Shown: positions 49,282-62,625 of the stretch, in pieces
Layout of the letters: each line of letters begins with the position of its first letter
Position numbering within the stretch: the stretch's first letter is position 1
Assembly: GCF_018350175.1 (NCBI RefSeq)
Contig: NC_058383.1
Span: 4,092,001-4,156,000 of the forward strand
Reading direction: 5' to 3'
Length of the DNA stretch: 64,000 nucleotides
DNA from: Felis catus
Lineage: Eukaryota
Position numbers and translations under genes: made by a program
The notes under the pieces: model-generated
Database searches by the model: none
The model's input: only the letters and a program-made list of their open reading frames with translations
What the model was told of the DNA's origin: nothing

Positions 49282-50500
49282 GTAAGGCCCGGCACCCCTC
49301 TGCCCGGCAGGGAAATCGAGGCCCGCAGAAATCCCTGCCACGCGGCGAGAAGGTGCATTTGGGCTCCGGGATCAGATCGATCTCAGGGAGTTTGTAGTGC
49401 GAGCGTGTTTGTCGGTCGTTTGTTCCTTCGTTCCACAACTACGTGGGGAGCCCCTACCGTGGGCCAGGCGCCGTTCTAGGTGCTGGGGACTCGGCGGCCA
49501 CGAAACAGCACTTCCTGCGCTCGTGGGGCTGACAGTGCAGAGGTGACGGGTGACAGGGCATGTAATACGTTGAGTGGTAAGTACGACAGAGAAAAGTAAA
49601 CCAGAGAAGGGGCATGTGGGAGTTGGGATGGGAGCTTGCCATGTAAGCAGAGCAGTCTGGGAAGGCTCCCTGAGGAGGTGACTTTTGACAGCCGACCTGG
49701 AGAGAGCGGTGAGGGACACGTGACAGTGCTAGGGACTAGCCGGTGGGAAAGCCCAGAGGCAGAGCTGGCGGGGGGGGGGGGGGGGGGGGGCGCCAGGGCA
49801 GGCAGTGGGAGGCCCGAGGACAGACTGGACCTTAATGTGTCTTAAGACCCCTTCTGGTGCTGCTTGGACAGCGGGGAGGGAACAGACGGGGGCAGGAAAG
49901 GAGTGACGGGTCCCGCGCCCGTCCGTCGACAGCGTGAGGGGCGGGGACCCTGACAACAAGAGGAGGTTGCCTTGTCTCTGGAGGACAATGGTGGTTTCTG
50001 GATCTGTTTTGATGGTAGAGCCCACGGGGCCAGCTGATGGATTGGGAGAGCAGGTGTGAGAAGGGGACGGGAGTCCAGCAGGAGCCCCCACTTTGGGGCT
50101 GTTGCAAGAAGCTTGGGTTGCCGTCTCTTGAGACGGTGGGGGCTTGTGGGGGAAGGGGCCCTGGAGTCTGTTCTGTGCACAGTGGTCCCAGAAACGCCGT
50201 TAGACCCTGGACGGTCCGTGACCAGGAAGCACGTGGAGACAGGGGGCTGGAGGTGGAGAAGCAGGCAAGGCCCCGGGCACCCGACGTGCTCCCATCGGGG
50301 TGTCTCACAGCCCTGAGACGGCCGCCTCTTTGGGAGCGGGTGCCGGTCTCTGCCTCGGACCCAAGAAGCCGGGGCTGCTGCCCAGCAGCCCTTTGTCGAG
50401 ACCACCGGGTTGGTCCGCATGGGTCTGGCCACCGCGGTCCTCTGAGCGCCCCTTGCTGCCCCGCCCCCACCTGCTCCCTCAGGTCCAGTCTCGTCCGCAG

Positions 50501-50640
50501 GGAACACCATGACCGTGTCCTACATGACGGGGCTGACGCTGGGCTCCGCCGTGGCCTACTGCACCTACAGCCTCACCCGGGACGCCTACAGTACTTGCTT
50601 CCGCTCCTCCGCCAACACCTCCGCCCCCGCCGGCCTCTGA
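50501..50640 (+). CDS. SLC29A4: SLC29A4 last coding exon
   Basis: GNTMTVSYMTGLTLGSAVAYCTYSLTRDAYSTCFRSSANTSAPAGL*. The ten exons total 1584 nt, i.e. 527 aa plus stop, with all phases consistent. Confidence 0.95.
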
Positions 50641-51657
50641 GCCGGGCCCGGGCCCTCCCCCCCCACTCTGGCCTGGACTAGGGGCCCCGAGGCCCGAGGC
50701 CCCCTCCCCGCCCCTGCCTGCAGTGCCTGCGGGGCCCCGGCCTCCCCCCCCTCCCCCCCCCGTGCCAGTAACGCCACCCTCCGGGTCCGGCCGGCCGTCA
50801 CGCCGGCCCCAGGGTTCTGCCGAGCCCTCCGGCCCCCCAGAGCCACCCAGCACTGTGCTCTGTGTCGTGTCTCCGGCCTGTCCTTCACCCTCTGTCTGTG
50901 TCCGGTGGCCCCAGCTGTCGCCAGATGAGTGCCCTCTCTGGGGTCACAGCCGTTCCCGGCCAGGAGAGCAGACTGCCAGCCGGTATCCCCTCCTGGTGAC
51001 CCTCACCCACGGACCCGGGCCCCAGCCCTCCTCCACCAGGGGCCCTCCTCATGAACACGAGAGGTCCTCAGTGGAGAGGGCCTGTCCCCCTCCGTCTGTT
51101 CGTAAACACTGCTTCTTTCGAACAAAACGCATCTGCCGGGAGGAAATCGTAGCCCTGGGTCTGAATGGTTTCAGGCCACGGTCCACGCCGGTCTATGACC
51201 ACAGCTTCCGCGCCGGTCTGGGTGCACCCACCCCACGCCGAAATCCCCCTCTGTGCACCCTGGCGCCCACCTGATGCCACAGGCCTGGCAGTCTGTGTCT
51301 GCCCCGAGACCCCGTCTGCTTCTCTGGCCACCCCGTCTGTCTGTGACGCCGGAAGGGGGCACGCTCTGGTTGAAGTCTCTCTCTCAGACACTGATCCTCA
51401 CCCAGGGAGGCCCAAGGAGGGACGTGAGTCCCTGGCAAGTAGGGAGGTGTGGGGGTCCCTCCTCAGCCGGGACCCTCAAGCCCCAGGCTGGCCCGGTGCC
51501 CTGAGCGGAGGGATTTCTGGAGTGTCTTGACAAAGTCAGGCTTCTCAGGGGAGAGGAGTCTGCCCTGCCACCCCCACGGCACAGCTGTGACCACCCGCCC
51601 CTGTGTCCTGTCTCCCCCTCACCCCCCGGTCTGTCCACTAACTGTACCGCACTGGCC

Positions 51658-51663
51658 ATTAAA
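51658..51663 (+). terminator. SLC29A4 poly(A) signal (ATTAAA)
   Basis: Upstream UGUA (ctgtacc) and downstream GU-rich gtagtgtctgtgtgggtgggg, about 1 kb after the stop. Confidence 0.7.
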
Positions 51664-52684
51664 AGATGAAGGCAGAAACTCCCCAGCTGCTGCCTCAGAG
51701 TAGTGTCTGTGTGGGTGGGGGCTGCCTCCCGACCTTGCTCGTCCATCGTGGGGGAAGGGGTCCTGGCGGCTGGGACGTCCCTCTTCTTACCTGGAAAGTG
51801 GCCCTGTCTGCCTGGGCTTGGGGGGGGGGGGAGATCGTAGGGGATGGATGGGGGTGGGTCAGTCTCGTAGCCGGGTCTCCATGCACCTGGTAGGGGTGAA
51901 CGGCGGCACGGGACCCGGAAGCATTTGGGCTTTGACGCCTTGGTGGTCAGGTCAGGGAAAAAGGCGGCATCCCACCCATTTGCATGGCAGGGGCGGGGGG
52001 GCAGCTTGCCCCCTGCCTGCAGGGACTCAGAGCTGGGACCTGGGGGCTGCGTGTTCTGGGCCGAAGTCCTAGCCGTGCAGCCGATCCGTGTGATGTGAAC
52101 CACTTCCTGTACCGTTTGGTGCCTTAGTTTCCCCCAAGGAGCGGAGCTGGTCCACTCTTTGATGCAGGTCCCTTGGAGGAGGGTTGGGGCAGGGGAGCTG
52201 GCTTTCCGAGGGGCTGTTCTCCAGCCCTGCAGCCTCCGGGACCCACCCGCTGGGCCCAGTGGGCAGCCGTCACTCTGGGAACCAGGTGGGCGTCCTGGGC
52301 AGCTGTGGGGAGAGCCGAGACCCCAGGCGATACCACAGGGACCGCCAGGTGGCGCCAGTTCACTGTTCCTCCTGTTGTGTGACTCCGTTTCTCTGAAGCA
52401 GGAGAACCATCAGAACCTTTCCTCTGGTGGGTGGTTGGGCAGGTACCCGTGGGGTCAAGCTGAAAGTTCACCTCAGGGCAGGAGTGGGTAGCAGCACCAG
52501 GAGCAGGGCCCAGCCTCCCCCCAGCCCCTGCCGTGCCTGCGTCTCCACACCTGCTCAGGGCCACTCAGACCCTCAGCGTCGTCCTCGTTCTGTGGTCTTC
52601 AGGTAGGGGTGCGGCCGGGAGTGCTCATCTTGGCATTTTTAAGGAAGAAACAGGCGGTGCAAGCCCTCTAGCCTCTCACCGGCC

Positions 52685-52870
52685 TAGAGAACTTTCCGCC
52701 CTGATGGACACGTTCTGTATCCCAGCCACCCTGCGGTAGCCACTGGCCACTTCTGGCTGTTGACCACTGGAAATGCAGCCGGGGCAACCAAGAAACTTTT
52801 CATTTCCCTTCAGTTAGCGTGGATGTAAACAGCCCCATGTGCCCAGTGGCCGTTGTACAGGGGGACACCC
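52685..52870. mobile_element. MER3-like hAT MITE
   Basis: gaactttccgccctgatggacacgttctgtatc...ggtagccactggccac...gtaaacagccccatgtgcccagtggc. Confidence 0.55.
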
Positions 52871-52939
52871 AGCTCGCGGCCCTGAAAGGTCAGCACCGCC
52901 ACCCCCACGGCCCTTGAAATGAACCACTCCAGACAACGG

Positions 52940-54349
52940 TATTTCTCCGATTATAGCTTTTTCTTTTTTCCTTTTTTTATGAAAAAGATCACACAGAATT
53001 CGCCAACAAACAAAATTCCAAAAGAAACTTAAAAAAAAACCAAACCAATAATTCCCCCAAAAAACAAAACCGAAGTCTGGCTTTTCCTTCCCTTAAGATT
53101 GTCTGGACGAGGCCTCCCGTCCCCCTGGAAGGCGCGGGGGCTGGTAAGTGCTTTCCGGGGCCGGGGCCGACCGCGGGAGCAGGGTCACTGCGCCCTGCCG
53201 GCCCCCTCCCTCCCTCCCTCCCTCCCTTGGCCTCTGCTCTCCCTAACCGCTTCTCCGTTCTGGGGGCGAGTACAGTACACCTGGGCCGGGCGGGGTGGGC
53301 AGGTGGGGTGTGCTTGGGACAAAGGGGGGGGCGTGAAGCTGGGTGCTAGACACAATCTAATAGGAAATAAAAAATAATATTCTGCACGTCAGAATGTTTG
53401 CTTTTTTTTTTTATAATTTCATAGCTATTTTTTCACAGTTTTAAAAAGTTTATATTTATATATATTTATATATATTTATCTTTATATATATAATTAAAAA
53501 GTGGACTCCATTTAAAGGCGTATGATACAGGGGCGAGGAGAGTCTCTTGGTACAATAAAACTGTACAGGTGACCCACTACCGCCGCCCTCTGGGCTGGCC
53601 GAGGCCTGGGCAGGAGGGCCGGGTGTGGCCGGGACGAGGATGTCAGCACCATTGGGGTTGTCTGTAGTGTGAGGGGCTGGACCAGGAGGAGGGGCCCTCA
53701 GGGCAGCCCCCCCACCCCCCGCCTGGCACCTGGCTGTCTCGCCCCGTCCAGGCCGTCCTGAGTGGGCGGAGGCCAGGCCCCCCCCCCCAACCCCGGCCGG
53801 TGCTCAGAGCAGGCCTGGCCTGATTGTGAGGCTGGCGGGCATCGAGCCCCCCGCCCCCCGTCTCACGGCGGGAGGCTCGGAGTGGGCTCCGTGCCGAGGG
53901 AGGGGTCTGGCACGAGGAGCCAGACCCACGAGCAGCGGGAACCCCAGAACGCATGTCAGTTCGGTTCCCTGGAAACCCCCTCCCCGCCGAATCCCCGCTG
54001 GGCCTCGGACGAAGGCGCCTGGGGGTGGGGGGAGGGGGCTGGCCTGGCCAAGTGCTTACAAGGTGCTGGAGGGGAGCCCCTGAGGGGGGCCCGGCAGAGC
54101 CATACCCTGATAGCTGAGAGGAACCCCGTCTTGGGGGGCACCGAGGGGGTCGTGAAGGGGGCCGGAGACGTGTGCACATGTGCGCACACACGTGCATGCA
54201 TACGGGCACACACATGTACACACTCACGCACGCCAGGGCATCCCAGGGCACACTTGCATGCACGCAGCCCCCGAGACGTGGCAGTGATGGCGAGGGGCCC
54301 CCGACGGGCCGGCCCTCGGGGCCCGAGGCAGCGGGCAGGGCGCGGGCGC
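52940..54349 (-). other. TNRC18: TNRC18 3' UTR (3' end approximate)
   Basis: Follows the TNRC18 stop and has AU/U-rich blocks at 52950-53095 and 53350-53570. Only variant hexamers are seen on the minus strand (e.g. CATAAA at 52976-52981). Confidence 0.65.
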
Positions 54350-54577
<228 letters not shown>

Positions 54578-54580
54578 TCA

Positions 54581-55462
<882 letters not shown>

Positions 55463-55499
55463 TTACCGACAGCAAGGACCTCAGCTAAGAGGAACCTCC

Positions 55500-55685
55500 A
55501 GGACCGTCTGGGTGGCTCAGTCAGTTAAGCTCAAGTCACGATCTCCCCCCCCATTAATGGGTTCGAGCCCCGCATCGGGCTCTGTGCTGAGAGCTCAGAA
55601 CCTGGAGCCTGCTTCGGATTCTGTGACTGTCTCTCTGCCAGCCCCCTCCCTCAAAAAGAAAAGCATTAAAAAAACAAAAAAACTT
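55500..55685 (+). mobile_element. Degenerate CAN-SINE in a TNRC18 intron
   Basis: ctgggtggctcagtcagttaagc...gttcgagccccgcatcgggctctgtgctga, with an A-rich tail. Confidence 0.8.
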
Positions 55686-58593
55686 CGGGACCTGCACCTC
55701 CCCGGCCTGGGGTAGTGCGGGCACACGCCTGGCAGACCCGCACCTGCGGTCCACGGGGCTCGCGGTGGCCGTGCCCTGGGCCCAGCAGCCCCCTGTGGAC
55801 TGGCGGTTTCCAGACAGTGCCGGTGGGGGACAGGACAGGGAAGCCCAGGGGCTCGCAGCTTGGCCTCTGGACAGAGGGCATGGCTCCACCCCCCCACAGC
55901 CGGCACACGCCATTCGGGCCCCGGGGCCACAGGGCACTTGCTGCATAGCCTCGTTCTACGTCCCCACAGGCAGCGTGGGGCTGGGAGTCGGCCACCTAAG
56001 TGGTCTGAACCAGGGGCGACGGAGTAGGGGACGTGGGCTGAGGGCCGTCACGGGGACGGTGCCAGACCCCAGGGGAAGCCCCTGAAGTCCGTCCGGGGCC
56101 CGCAGGAGCCAGCGCCAGACTCGCATCTGCCAGGCCCATCGCGTGCCGGGCTTTTCTTAGTCACTCGACAAACATTTCCTGAAGCCTGCTCAGTGCCCCG
56201 GCCTGGGCCAGCATGGGGACAGACACGCGGGTTCCGAGGAGGGAAGAGACCTGCCTGTCATCAGGACCCCAAACCCATCAGGGCCCCGGGCAGCTCTGGG
56301 GCCTGTCACTGTCCCTAGGGCCAAACCTCCAGGATCCAGGCCTCTGCAAAGCTCTGCCCTCTGGTGACCCGGCGCATCCTCTCTTCAAACCAAGATCTAA
56401 AATCACTTTGCCATTTTCGCATCGGCTGCCAGATGACTCAAAGCCAGTTTGCCCCAACAGGAGAAAACTACGTGCCAATTTCGAACTTTCTCCAACAGGC
56501 GCTTTTTCTACTTTTAATTCATTGGATCCCTGGTGGTGATGGATTTTCTGAGGTCCTTGTCACTGATTTCTGCTACGTCCTGTGAACCGCTCAAATGCTT
56601 TTCACTTTTCAGCTCAAGGCTGAAAATAAATTTGAGGTGAGGAGGACGGCTAAGGTTTCCACACCAACTCCTCTTCGGCCGCCGTGACGTGCCCGGCACC
56701 CGCCGGCTACTCCCTTCTCACAGAGCCGCCTCACCCCATGCGGTCCCCCCGGGGGGCTGATCCCGCCCTTGCAGTGAGCACCGGACTCGGTGTGGACACC
56801 CCGAACGCCCCGCCCTCCCGCTGGTATTATGACTGGCTCAGAAGCGGGCTCGGCACACGAGCCAAGAGCGTTCTATCAGCTTTCGCTTGAGCCCTCTGCA
56901 AAAAGACACTTCCTCTCTAGTGCCACTTCCGAGCCGGGAGCCACTGAGGCTGCCTGCTGCCAGGAGGGAAGGGCTGTCTGAGCAGGAGACCGGCGCAAAG
57001 GCAGGAAGGGGAAACGGAAGGCTGGACTGTGGACCCACAGGGAGGCCTGAAGACGGCCCTTCAGACCCCTGGGCTCCAGCTGTACCTGAGCCTGGAATTT
57101 TCTGCTCAAGTGGCCACTAAGCTCCGCCCTGTGCTCCGTCCGCTGCAGCAGTAAGAACCTCGGCATTACTAGTAAATCTGCAAGCGGCAGATGCTAAAAT
57201 ATGGAACGAGTCGGTCACGGTGAAGGCGAGACGGCAAGGATGTGCCGCCTTCAGCTCAGAAGCTGTCACTCCTCAATACATCCCAATAAAGCACCTGCTG
57301 GGATCAGAGCTGCAGGGGGCCTGGTCAGGAGAGTCAGGGAAGGTTCTGCCGACCCGGCGGTGGCCCTGCTGAGAGAGGAGCTCTCATCCGGGGCCAGCAA
57401 TCCAGGTGGGCTTAACGTCAGACGACCTATGCCCCGCAGCGTCAGAGACGCAGGCTGTCTGCCCCAGGTTCAAGTTAGTGCCTCAAAAGCAGGGACGCCC
57501 TCAGGAGAGTGGGTGCCGACTGCTTCCAGATGCCCTGCTCTGCACCCCCATTCTGAGGAGCCCTCTGGGGGACTCTTAACTGCCCCTGGTGTCACTGGCA
57601 CAGGGGGCCCCAAGAAACACGAAGATGGAAACCCCCGAGCTGGGGTCTTCAGAGCTCCCCCCAATTTTTCCGGCCTCGTTGAACCCAGGGAGCTAACACA
57701 ACACGAATACACCAGCAGCTTCCCGAGGTCCCGAGAGGTGCACGGTCAGACGTCCCCCCCCCCGCCAAGCTCATCACTGTCGACCCCCAATTCCCCACAC
57801 CTGCCCTGGCGGGAAGCAGCTCTGGAGGGGGAACAGACCCGGGGGCATCACGCCAAGCCCACCTCAGATGTGGCCTCAGGGGCTCTGGGCCAGGGAGACA
57901 GGCACCGCAGGCGAACCTGTGAGCCGTACCCGTGGACAAGGGGCACGGGGTGGACAGGTGACCACGGGGCTATTCCCCACCTGCACGCGGGAGCCTCACA
58001 GTGCCTGTGTGCGTGCACAGGTACGTGTGTGGTGTGCGGCCGCGGGTGCACACGGGTGAGCTGGCAGGGCTCCTTTTGGAGAACCGTCCTGTCTACAGAG
58101 GTGGCCACGGGACCCAACCAGAACCTTCTCCCTTTGGCTAGCTTGTGGGTGAGGGGACACCCGAGCCAGCCAGGCAGGGAGACCGCCCCAGCCCTCCGCT
58201 GCCATCAGAGAGGAGCAAGTGCCTCTTGCCGGGGTCGCCACACGGTCAGCCCGAGGCCTGGAGCCCTTGTGCCGCTACACACGACACCCCCACCGAGACA
58301 GGCTGTGGGGCCACGGGGTTGAGACCCCCTGCAGGGCGACCGGGCGCCTGCTGGAGGGGACGGCATCCGTCCCCGCGTGTTCTCTCGCTGGGCCTGAGAC
58401 CGAGGGCAGCGCTGCTCTGCGGAGGAGCCGGCAGAGGGGGCGTGCTCGGGCGCCCCGAGACTCGGGGGACCCGGGTATGAGACGGGGTCCCCCGCCTCAC
58501 CCCAACCCGCCCTGTGGGGGGCCCAAAGGGGGGGCACATGGGGGGGCCGGCCCGCCGGAGAACACCACGTCCGGACCCTCCGCCCTCCGCTAC

Positions 58594-59924
58594 CTGGGTG
58601 GGCTTGCCGAACCACTTCCAGAGCTGCCGCGCGGGCAGGAAGGCGGCGATCTTGGGCCGGTTCTCCACGGACGGCAGGCGCTGCCGCTTGGCCAGCTCCT
58701 TGGTGGTGGGGAGGTGGACGCCCTCCCTCTTCTTGGGTCGGCTCTTGGCCGCGGCCTGAGCCTTGGGCTGCAGAGGCTGCGCGGGCTGCGGCGGGGGCGC
58801 CTGGGGCGGGGGCGCCGGGGCCTTCTTGCCCGGAGAGGGGGCAGAGGAGCGAGCCTTGCCCGCCTGCTTGGGCGCCTTGCCGGGCAGGGCCGGCGGCGCC
58901 GAGGGGCCGGCCGTGGCGGGAGGCGCCGCCTCGTCGTCTGAGCTGCAGGAAGAATCGTCCGTGGTGGAGGAGGAGGAGGACGAGGACGAGGAGGATGAGG
59001 AAGACGAGGAGGAGGAGGAGGACGAGGAGGAGGAGGAGGACGAGGAGGAGGAGGAGGACGAGGAGGAGGACGACGAGGACGAGGAGGAGGACGAGGAGGA
59101 AGAGGACGAGGACGAGGAGGAGGACGAGGAGGACGAGGAGGAGGAGGACGCCCTGGAGCTGGAGGCGCTACAGTTCCGGCCGCCGCCGCCGCCCTGGCCC
59201 TCCTCCTCCCCCTCGGTCTCTGAGCTGCTGCTGCTGCTGCCACTGTCGCTGCTGCTACCGCCGCTCTCCGACTCCTCGGCCCCGTCCTGCTCCGCCTGGC
59301 CCTTGTCCGGGCTCTTGGGCTCACCCGAGTCCTCGAACTCGAGCCCGGCCCCGGGCTCCTGGGTCAGGTCGCCGTCCCCGGACTTGGGCCGGGCGGCCTT
59401 GGGCTCGCCACTGCCTGTGGCCGGTGGGTAGCCGCCCAGGCCCAGGAGGCCCTTGGGCTCCTGCCAGCCCCCGGCTCCGGGGTCATCCCGTAGAAGCAGG
59501 GCCTCTTTGGCCTTCTTGCTTTTGGGCGACGTCACACCCTCGTGGTCCAGCTTGACGAGCGGCTCGGCCTCCTCCCCGGGCCTCCGGGCGCCCTTGGCGG
59601 CCGCCTCTTCCGCGGCCCGGGCCTTCTTGGGCTTGGGGCGGGTGGCGGGCATGGCGATGGGCATGGCGACGAGGGGGGTGGGGGCCAGGACCGCAGCGGG
59701 GGCCGGCAGCTCCCCAAAGGGCTCAGGAGCCGGGCAGCTGGTGAAGGTGGACGGGGCGGGGCTGGCCTGCGGGGCTGCCGGGCGAGCCTTGGGGGCTTTG
59801 GCTCGCTTGTCCGCGGGTTCTGGGGGGCTCTTCTTGGAGCCTGGGGTGCTGATGGGCTCCAGGGCCAACGGGGTACTGGGGACCTCCTCTGTCGGGCCCC
59901 CCTCTTCCAGGACGGCGGCTCTGT
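58594..59924 (-). CDS. TNRC18: TNRC18 large exon with Pro/Ala-rich region and poly-Ser
   Basis: DRAAVLEEGGPTEEVPSTPLALEP...(S)61...LPTTKELAKRQRLPSVENRPKIAAFLPARQLWKWFGKPTQ; 1331 nt, phases match the flanking exons. Confidence 0.93.
58966..59148 (-). repeat. Coding (TCC/TCG)n trinucleotide repeat, 61 Ser codons
   Basis: 183 nt of NGA triplets (mostly GGA/CGA) on the plus strand. Confidence 0.93.
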
Positions 59925-60401
59925 CTAGAAGAGAGAAGGAACAAGCTTACGTGAGGTCAGGGCTGCAAGGGGCTTCCCGAGCCCAAAAGCCTGGTTTCTG
60001 CGCTGGCCCTGCTGCTTCCTCTGCGGTGACCAGGTACTGCGCCTGGACGCTGCCTGCTCTGGGCCCAGGATGAGCGACTCTCACATCGCTGTCATCCCAC
60101 GTGTGGTGACCCCCAAGCGGTCCGTGGCAGCCTCGGCTCTTAGCACCTGTCTCTGGATTCTGGCGTGAACAACTCGGCTGCCCAGGAGTTAGCTCTGCCC
60201 GAGGCAGATGAACGCTGACTCCCTGAGCCTCAGTGTCCCACTCTATCAAAGGGTCCGAGCGGCCCTGCAGCTGAGTTCCCACAGAGGGGGGGGCGCAGTC
60301 TCTGCGCACAGACCCCACGGCATCCCGCGTCCGCAGCAAGTCCCCCCCATGCCTGCACCTGCCCCTGTGCCTCGGCCGAGGCAGAGCTGGGGCTAACGTA
60401 C

Positions 60402-60566
60402 CACTCTTGGCTTTGGCGCTGGGTTTCCGCCCACGCCCTCGTGCCTTGGTGCCCGGCTCCTCGGACCCTGGCGTGCCCCCGTCTTTGCTGTCCCCGGTGT
60501 CTTTGCTGGTCTTCCGGCTGCGGCGCTTGGCACTTGGCACCAGGAGGGCCGGGGACGGCTCCGCAC
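60402..60566 (-). CDS. TNRC18: TNRC18 exon (basic; AT-hook-like RGRGRKP)
   Basis: CAEPSPALLVPSAKRRSRKTSKDTGDSKDGGTPGSEEPGTKARGRGRKPSAKAKS; 165 nt. Confidence 0.92.
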
Positions 60567-61154
60567 CTGCGGGAGAGGGACACGGTGGCTCAGGCCTGGG
60601 TCTCTGCTCTCCCAGCCACCAGAGCATCGGGGGACAGGGACCGGAAGGCCCTGCGGCTGAATCCGCTCGGCCTGCCTGGAGGGGCTGTGCAGCTGGAGAG
60701 GGGGAACTCTCTCTGCAGGGACGCAGCTCAGGGGTCTGCAGGCACAAAAAGCTCCACAGGGGTCCCCGAATGAACGGACTGGGTGGGAGTGAGCAAAGTT
60801 CCACTCTCGTGGGTTCTATAACCCACTTGGAGGATGCTCAAAACCACAGACCCCCGGAGGTCCAAGTCCTGGCTCTGCCTCTAACTAGATGTAGGACCCC
60901 AGGAAGAGTCATTTCCCTTCCTGACGCTGAGCTTCGTATTGGTCAGTCACGGGGAATGGGATCTCTGGATGCGCGGGACGAAGCCAGGAACTCCGTGCTC
61001 TCGTGGACACGTGAAGCCTGGAACCATCGGGAACGGTGCCTGACCAGCCTCGACGGCCTGGACTGCTCGGGGACGCAGACCTGGGGAGCCCGGGAGCCCC
61101 TCCCCCAAGCCCACTGTGGGAGCCCCACCCGTGGCTCCTGCCATTTCCATTTCA

Positions 61155-61526
<372 letters not shown>

Positions 61527-61999
61527 TTAGAGTCTTGTGGTCCAGCAGGAGCACTGGCACCTGCCATTCCACCGAGCGTGTGTCCTGACTCGCTCCCAAG
61601 ACCCTCCCGAGAGCACAGGGAAGCAAGAGCAGGGGCGGGAAGCCTGCAGGCCGGACCTGGTGGGTCAGTGGCCGACTGCGGGAGCGGGGCATTTCCCAGA
61701 CCACCACCTGCACGGTGAAGGGCTTCCCCTGCTGCTGGGGGCCTGGGAGGGGGCCTGCTTCACAAGGGAGCCCTGCCAGGCTCGGGCCCAAGCGCCTCTG
61801 TAGGCAGGGGTCAGGGGACCCCAACACCGGACAGGCTGAGGGTTTACGCCTGGGGCACAGGAGAGTTAGGTGGGTCCCCAAACCCCAAGGACTGTCTGCC
61901 GGCCGGTGGCAGGAAGCCATGGGTAATGGGGACCAGGGGTCGCCACAAAACGTGCCTGTCGATGCACAGGCCTTCCCATCTGCTTAGTACAGACCACCT

Positions 62000-62579
62000 G
62001 ACCCGAGAGGCCAGCCTCTCAACGAGACAGACACGGACCAGAGAGGTCAGGGGGCTGAAGAGCACAGAACCCCCGAAGAGATGGCAAGGGCAAGTCAGGA
62101 GAAAAGGGAGCTGCAGAAACCCAAACGTGGAAACAGTCCTTTCTCCGCGAAGTTTATGAAAAGAGAACACGGATACCAGCAAATGTGGTAAGAAACAAAA
62201 TCAGATAAAAACAAGAAGACGGGACACAAAAAGTTGGGGGGGAAGAAAAACATGCAGAGAATAAGAAAAAAGTCTAGGAATTTCTTACACGACAGCAGGA
62301 ATTTCAAAACTTCAGTAGATGGAAGGGCCAGAAGGTCGGGGTTAGTTGAGGAAATCTCCCGAGAGGTTGAACAAAAAGGTGAAGAAACAGACGATAGGAA
62401 TAAAGATAACAGGCACCACAGGCCAGCACGCGGTCCCAGGGAGTGCTGCAGGGGACAGGGAGTGGCTCCTGGAGAGCCACACACGGAGTTTCCAGAACAA
62501 AGGAAATTTGCTTCACAAAGCCCTCAGGCCCCAAACGCCCAGCAACACACACACAGAGACACTCAGAGACACATACACA

Positions 62580-62625
<46 letters not shown>

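Noticed and set aside
56380..57300. AT-richer intronic block that might be another decayed DNA transposon
   Set aside because: I could not recognise any diagnostic motif or terminal repeat, so it is left uncalled pending a Dfam search.
57201..58322. 373-aa ATG-initiated ORF antisense within a TNRC18 intron
   Set aside because: GC-rich composition and no recognisable domain. ORFs of this length are expected here, and transcript or ribosome evidence would be needed.
58763..59431. Plus-strand ORF with a long poly-Glu/Asp tract, and the overlapping Arg- and Pro-rich ORFs
   Set aside because: These are antisense or alternative-frame shadows of the TNRC18 poly-Ser repeat, with no independent gene structure.
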